43,176 nucleotides of DNA from Folioceros fuciformis (Eukaryota), in NCBI GenBank assembly GCA_049999805.1, contig JBNGIO010006380.1, forward strand, positions 34,593 through 77,768, written 5' to 3'. Each line of letters starts with the position of its first letter. The first letter of the stretch is position 1. This document shows, piece after piece, positions 37,823 to 43,176 of this stretch. Both the position numbers and the translations under genes were made by a program. The notes under the pieces are model-generated. The model made no database searches. It saw only the letters and a program-made list of their open reading frames with translations, and was not told the DNA's origin.

Positions 37823-37906
37823 GGTGAGGCAGCTAGCTTCGAGTCTCCGCATTCCCAACTTCTCCTAGCCTGTTGCAGTTTGCACGTCTTCCGATCTGAA
37901 GTGAGA

Positions 37907-39346
37907 ATGGGTTTGGAGGTAGATTCACCCAGGAGGACAGTCTGTGTGACCGGAGCGTCTGGCTTCGTAGCCTCATGGCTTGTCAAGCGACTGCTTGAGA
38001 AAGGGTATTTCGTCCGAGCCACAGTCCGGAATCCTGGTACTGCTACCTTGCATCATGCCTTTCCACAGACTAGACATGCTACCGCCAGGGCCAGCACTGT
38101 CACTCATTTTCACGGATCATCATCTGCAGATAACGAAGCCAAGACTTCCTACCTTCGAAAGCTTCCGGGAGCAGCCGAACGACTGGAGCTGGTGCGTGCA
38201 AACCTTGTCGAGGATGGAAGCTTCGATGCAGCTGTGCAAGGCTGCGAGGGTGTCTTCCACACTGCTTCTCCCGTGGTCACCATTCACTCCGACCCGCAGG
38301 TGAGCTCATGTCCAGAGCTAGCTGCATCCTGTACCTTGCCGCGCTTCCACTGTTCTCTGCCCCACTTCCTCACTCCTTGGCTTCGTGGTAGACCGAGATG
38401 ATCGAACCAGCAGTGAAAGGCACTTTGAACGTCCTCAAGTCATGCATTCGCACCGATACCGTTAAGCGAATTGTCATGACATCTTCTTCATCCACCTTGA
38501 GGTTCAACAACGAGTACAAATCTCATATTCCCATCGACGAATCAAGCTGGAGCTCGGAAAACTTCTGCCGGCAGTACAGGGTAAAACCCACACCACAATC
38601 GTCCGAACGCCATTCCTCTCCCCGACACGCTGAACCGCAACGAACTGCAGATCTGGTACGGCCTGGCCAAAACCCTGGCGGAAAAGGTAGCTTGGGAGTT
38701 CGCCAAGAAGCACGGACTGGACCTCGTTGTCATCCTCCCCAGCTACGTCATCGGCCCCGTCCTGCCCCTGGAGCTCTCCTACACGGCCACAGACACACTA
38801 GCCCTTTTGAAAGGTTGCACACCCTTGTCCCCACCACTCCTCCCCGCTTCCTGTCCCACCTCCTCCTAATTTCCATCTCCGCCCGCATGCAGGAGAAACC
38901 AGCAAATTCGCCTTGTTCGGCAGAATGGGGTACGTGCACCTGGACGACGTTGCCACGGCACACATCCTGGTATACGAGAATCCCCTAGCTGAAGGCCGCT
39001 ACATCTGCTCATCCACAGAACTGGAGAACCACGAGCTGGGAAAATTTCTTGCAAATCGGTACCCCTTCCTCAACATCCCTACCGAGTGAGTCCCCGTCTC
39101 TTCCCCAAGATGACATAAACAATCTGCACCTCAAACCGCACTACCAACGGCTTGGGCTTCTGTGGGTTGTGTGCCGCCATGGCCTGCTGCAGATTTCCAA
39201 AGTCCTCCCAAGTTCGTCGTTACGACTTCGACTGCACTAAAATCCACAAGCTCGGGCTCCGATTCAAGGATCTCGGTGAGATGTTTGATGACGCGGTGGC
39301 CAACTTCCTCGAGAGGGGCCTTCTCTTGGCGACAGGAAGTACATAA
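37907..39346 (+). CDS. TKPR1: Tetraketide alpha-pyrone reductase 1-like NADPH reductase (DFR/CCR superfamily), 6 exons
   Basis: [79 protein letters not shown]. Exons ~37907-38036, 38130-38299, 38392-38580, 38651-38813, 38893-39085, 39193-39346. Confidence 0.85.
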
Positions 39347-39449
39347 CGGGGTACTGGCAACGGGTGCTGCAGTTTCTGTGCTGACCGACCGGACAATACC
39401 GACCCTTCACAATCAGAGAGAGCGTAGAGTGTGGCTTCAAAGACGCACT

Positions 39450-40130
39450 TGCTCATGATAGATTTGACAAATGCCTGTGATGGCTTGTGGCTGCACAAGG
39501 CTTAGCTTAACAAATTGAAGCATCAAGTGCAAGACTCTTGCAATGTTTGAACATGGCATGAACAGGCTCTTGGTTTCTAGCCACTTGGCAAATTTCCCGT
39601 CCTGACAGTACTCTCCACCCTGAATGTCATGACCCCAGATCCCAATTCTACATGAGCCCCGTTTGCGCATCCTTTTTCTGAGGAAAAATTGTGCAATGAT
39701 GCCTTCAACTCACCGGACCAAAGCCTTCCATTCGGCGTGCTGCATCAATAGTGCGCTCGGTTGCAGCCTGGACCTCTTCCGTCGTTTGTCCTTTCTCGGT
39801 CCATGCAGTATGTTGTGATGTAGGACTTGCAAAAGGATCACAGTAGCAGGCAGCTTCTGGGCTGTATCTGGGAAGGGTGCACATAACTGTCTGTTGAAGC
39901 ACGGTTACCGTGCTTCAACATACAATTACTTAAGACAAGGATCCTGTAAGATACTGTATGAGGAACATACAGAATCCTGAGGCCTATGTGTAGATAGAGG
40001 AGCGAACGTTTTCCAGTCGTGCGTGAACTCCATTAGGCTTGTACTTCAACTCTTGATGTCGTCCTTTCTCAACTACGGTCGGATGCTTCACCACGGCAAT
40101 GCGATCTGCATTCTCAGCGCTGGAAAGACT
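39450..40130 (-). pseudogene. Decayed ABCB fragment: terminal exon end plus downstream NBD relic
   Basis: ENADRIAVVKHPTVVEKGRHQELKYKPNGVHARLENVRSSIYT* matches the ABCB C-terminus at 29354-29500. Followed by QTTEEVQAATER and GHDIQGGE...NIARVL. Confidence 0.8.
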
Positions 40131-40729
40131 CACGGTAACAGCTAGCACATATGAATGCAGAGAGGCTCTGGATGATCGCTCCTCATGGATCCAGGAAGGC
40201 TCTAGATAACCGCTGTGTCTAGAAAGGATCCTGGAGATGATCGCTCGGCTATGAGGACAGTGATTCTTCCAAGGAGAACACGTTACCAAAGCATGCACCA
40301 GGCGCATGCAAAGACACTGCATGCTAAACTCTAAACTCAATTTTGTAATCACTCAAAGTCGTGCCTCCTGCATCCGGTTCTTCATGGCCCCAAAGGACCG
40401 AGGCGCTCAGCAAATCAGACGTAGTTTAAGGTGAAATACGATCCTCCGAAGATGTGGGGCAGGCCTAATGCCTCATTCCTGAGATAAGCTCGCCTAAAAC
40501 TGTTTTACGTTGTCCTCTGAGGCTCGCCCCAACCGGACCAAAAACTTGGTAGGTATGGGGGAACTTGACCTTGACGGTTATGTTGTACATTGGGGACGAG
40601 AGGCGCAGGTTCAAGTCTTGACTATGGCTGCAGGGCTACGGGAGGGCCACACGATTAGATGGAAGGAAGTGGAGGGGAACAGTTTCGACAAAACGAGGAA
40701 GGATGTCACTGGACCACAGTCTTTTAGTG

Positions 40730-41375
40730 CGGTCTTGGGGTGTGTCCTGTGACCAGGGTAACATATGCCCGGAGAGGGTCACCTAGATATTGCTGTGAAC
40801 CAGTGGTTGAAGCTTCCGACACCCTTGGATGACTCAATTCCTACAGATCTGACACCTATGACCTCTGAAGCAGGCCTTCCCAGGACTGCCCACCAGTAAC
40901 GGACCTCATGGGCAGATAGGGAAGCGCCCGGATGTAACCCTGGACGAGCCTAACACGACCTGATAGGGTAGGCATCCGCACGACGTAAACGACAGCAAGA
41001 AGTTTATCAAGCTGCTCGCGTTCTGGACATATTCGTCCAGATACCATTAAGATAACTCACTGCAGGCAATCACCTCAACAATGGTAACCCTTCACGAGCC
41101 CCAGAATGAAGCTCATCAAGCTGCTCGCCTTCTGCACATAATCCTCAAAGCACCTTTGCAATACCCCAATTCGAGCCATCACCTTGACAACCGGTCGTGC
41201 CCCTGATGATAACTCTTAGACGAGCCTAACACGAGCTACTCCTAAGATATCCCCACAACATTCACAACAGGAATAAGCTCATAAGGCTGCTCGGTTCTGG
41301 ACATATCTCGTCCTGAGTACCATTGAGATACCTCACTTCAAGCAAGCACCTGAAAAACAACAGATTGTGCCACAA
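40730..41375 (+). pseudogene. Decayed plant extracellular-LRR gene relic with an internal ~276-bp duplication
   Basis: SWGVSCDQGNICPERVT*ILL (LRR N-cap-like), LDDSIPTDL, DIPTTF...SVLDIS, NNRLC. The string gacgagcctaacacga occurs at ~40943 and ~41219. Confidence 0.5.
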
Positions 41376-41915
41376 TAAACCCCAAACCAAATAATGGAAG
41401 CACCTCAACTAATGTTACGACAGAAAATCGAATGCAACACAATCCAGAGAATCCATAAGCTTGGCATCCCAGCATGGATGGCATGCAAGTCCCTTCCCCC
41501 TTTCCCGCACCCTGCTACGCTGGCCAAAGAGATTCAAGAGAAACCGTGGGGCAAGTCTGTCTTTTAGTGCAAGACAAAATTGTCCAGCAAATGATATGGT
41601 TCAAAGAGAACGAATTAGTCCCCATGTTCGAGGTAGCAAGTGCCAAATCATATGCCTGCAACATCAATTATCCTACGCGTAGAATCCGATAGGTACTCCC
41701 GTGACAAAGTAGTTTCGCAGCCGTCAATTATACAGCCTCATGGACGGGGAACATCAACCATTTATTGTAGCTGCCAAAATCGAAGCCAAGATATCCACAC
41801 TACCCTAACGCCAACTGCTATGCTTGCGAAACCCTGGGACGCAAGAGGTAACAAGAAACACGCTCACCAGGTGACACAGAAACGCAGCCAAGCTCTTCCA
41901 TGACGCTGATCCAGG

Positions 41916-42467
41916 TTAGGTAGCAGGCTCCAGCTCCGCTTCGTTCACCGTATCCAGCTTCTCATCAGCGCTGAGCTGCGCGGAGATGTTGTCAATGGCC
42001 GCGTTCAGCTGAGCAATCTTCTCCACCAGCGTCTTCCTGGTTTTCTGATCGGCAGCAGAGAGCGAGGCGTCGTTGTACTCTTCCCTCTCCACCGTGCGCT
42101 CAGATTTTCGGTAATCCTCGAACGTGTCCTCGTCTTCAAGGTACTTCGAAGCCTTCTTCGGGGCTCCGTTGCGCTCCCTCTCCGCCACTTCCGAGATGGA
42201 CTTGCTCAGCTGCGGCGCGATCAGGTAGCCGAGCGCTCCGAACACCACTCCCCCGAGCACGAAGCCGGCAAAGAAGTCACTCCCCCCGCCTCCTCTCCTG
42301 TACTCGGCCTGCACCACGGCTCGGTGTGCAGCCCTGACTGCAGACATTGGCTGCGCCAGACCAATTCTCGCCAGCGGCACTCGCGGCCGCTGTTGCGGGG
42401 AATTGAGGGATGCCGGCCATTGCGCGGCCCGTGTGAACACCGCGGTGCTCGCAGCTGCGGCGGCCAT
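41916..42467 (-). CDS. Conserved plastid inner-envelope protein (At1g42960/At5g16660-like), single-exon CDS
   Basis: Ala/Ser/Arg-rich transit-like N-terminus, TM segment DFFAGFVLGGVVFGALGYLIAPQ, coiled-coil KTRKTLVEKIAQLNAAIDNISAQL. Confidence 0.85.
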   Translation of the reverse strand: MAAAAASTAVFTRAAQWPASLNSPQQRPRVPLARIGLAQPMSAVRAAHRAVVQAEYRRGGGGSDFFAGFVLGGVVFGALGYLIAPQLSKSISEVAERERNGAPKKASKYLEDEDTFEDYRKSERTVEREEYNDASLSAADQKTRKTLVEKIAQLNAAIDNISAQLSADEKLDTVNEAELEPAT

Positions 42468-42807
42468 GGTGGATGGAGCGTGAAAGCTTGTCGATTAGGT
42501 AGCGAGACGGGCAAGGTGTGGACGACAGCGAGCTAAGACGCACCAGGATCTTGGTTTCGCAGGCATGCAGCTCAGAGGTAGCTCGTGCTGGTAGGAAGCA
42601 GGATAGCGGACGGCGTTGGGATCGACTGTGCGGACTGTCCCATTTGTCCCTATCTCCCAACGGAAAGGGCGATGCGTCTAACACGCCAAAAACCTAAGCA
42701 TTGGCCAAGTGGACTATCCTGACTTTAACGAGCACCATAATCACACCTTTCCTCTCAGAAATTATTGCATTACTAAAAAAATTAATATTTTTTTATACAC
42801 TTGAAAA

Positions 42808-43176
42808 TACAGTCGACCCTCTCTAATTGTGACCTCCATAAATGTTGTACCTTGTGACCTCCCTAAAATGTTGTACCTTGTGACCTTCCTAAATATTATA
42901 CCTCTATAAATGTTACAGGTTTGGGTACTCTAGTCGGGGAGTAAGATTAAATATTTTTTTATAAATATTATATATTAATTGTTTTATGAAAATAGACACT
43001 CCCAATTACTATAATCCAATTTTATAAATATAATTTTAATTTTATAATATAAAAATTATATATATTATGCTTAAAATAGCATGGATAATATAGATATGTA
43101 ACTTATCCAATCACAATACGATAAAAAACCTTGGCGTATGGATGTTAAAGAGAAAATCATTAGAAATTATTAGAAA
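42808..43176 (+). mobile_element. Left end of a pogo/Tc1-mariner-like MITE (continues beyond the window)
   Basis: TA followed by CAGTCGACCCTCTCTAATT, three 25-26-bp subterminal repeats (tgtgacctcc.taaa.tgttgtacct, ~42828-42903), then a very AT-rich interior. Right TIR not seen. Confidence 0.6.

Overview
This is eukaryotic, land-plant genomic DNA: gene-dense, short GT-AG introns (mostly ~70-200 bp), and three 100-N assembly gaps. The compact architecture suggests a bryophyte or other seed-free plant (inference only). Left to right: ZOP1-like splicing factor (-); a ~9 kb transposon island holding a full-length but decayed Ty1/copia element (193-bp LTRs, GATGC TSD, PBS, PPT); NANP-like HAD phosphatase (+); a >1000-aa acidic repeat protein resembling a stand-alone Toc159 A-domain (+); a 5-exon gene fusing a BED zinc finger to a microbial-type (YmaE-like) metallo-beta-lactamase-fold hydrolase (+); a Moco-sulfurase-like PLP-fold protein lacking its catalytic Lys and Cys (-); a PPR relic; DUF1138/OZI1 (COX-X2/COX4-like) (+); intronless ARPC2 (-); a full-size ABCB transporter (-) with decayed ABCB relics nearby; TKPR1-like reductase (+); an LRR relic; an intronless plastid envelope protein gene (-); and the left end of a pogo-like MITE. 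The best candidates for something undescribed are the BED-MBL fusion and the GTPase-less Toc159 A-domain-like repeat protein. Gene models were spliced by eye and family calls come from motif recognition, not database searches.
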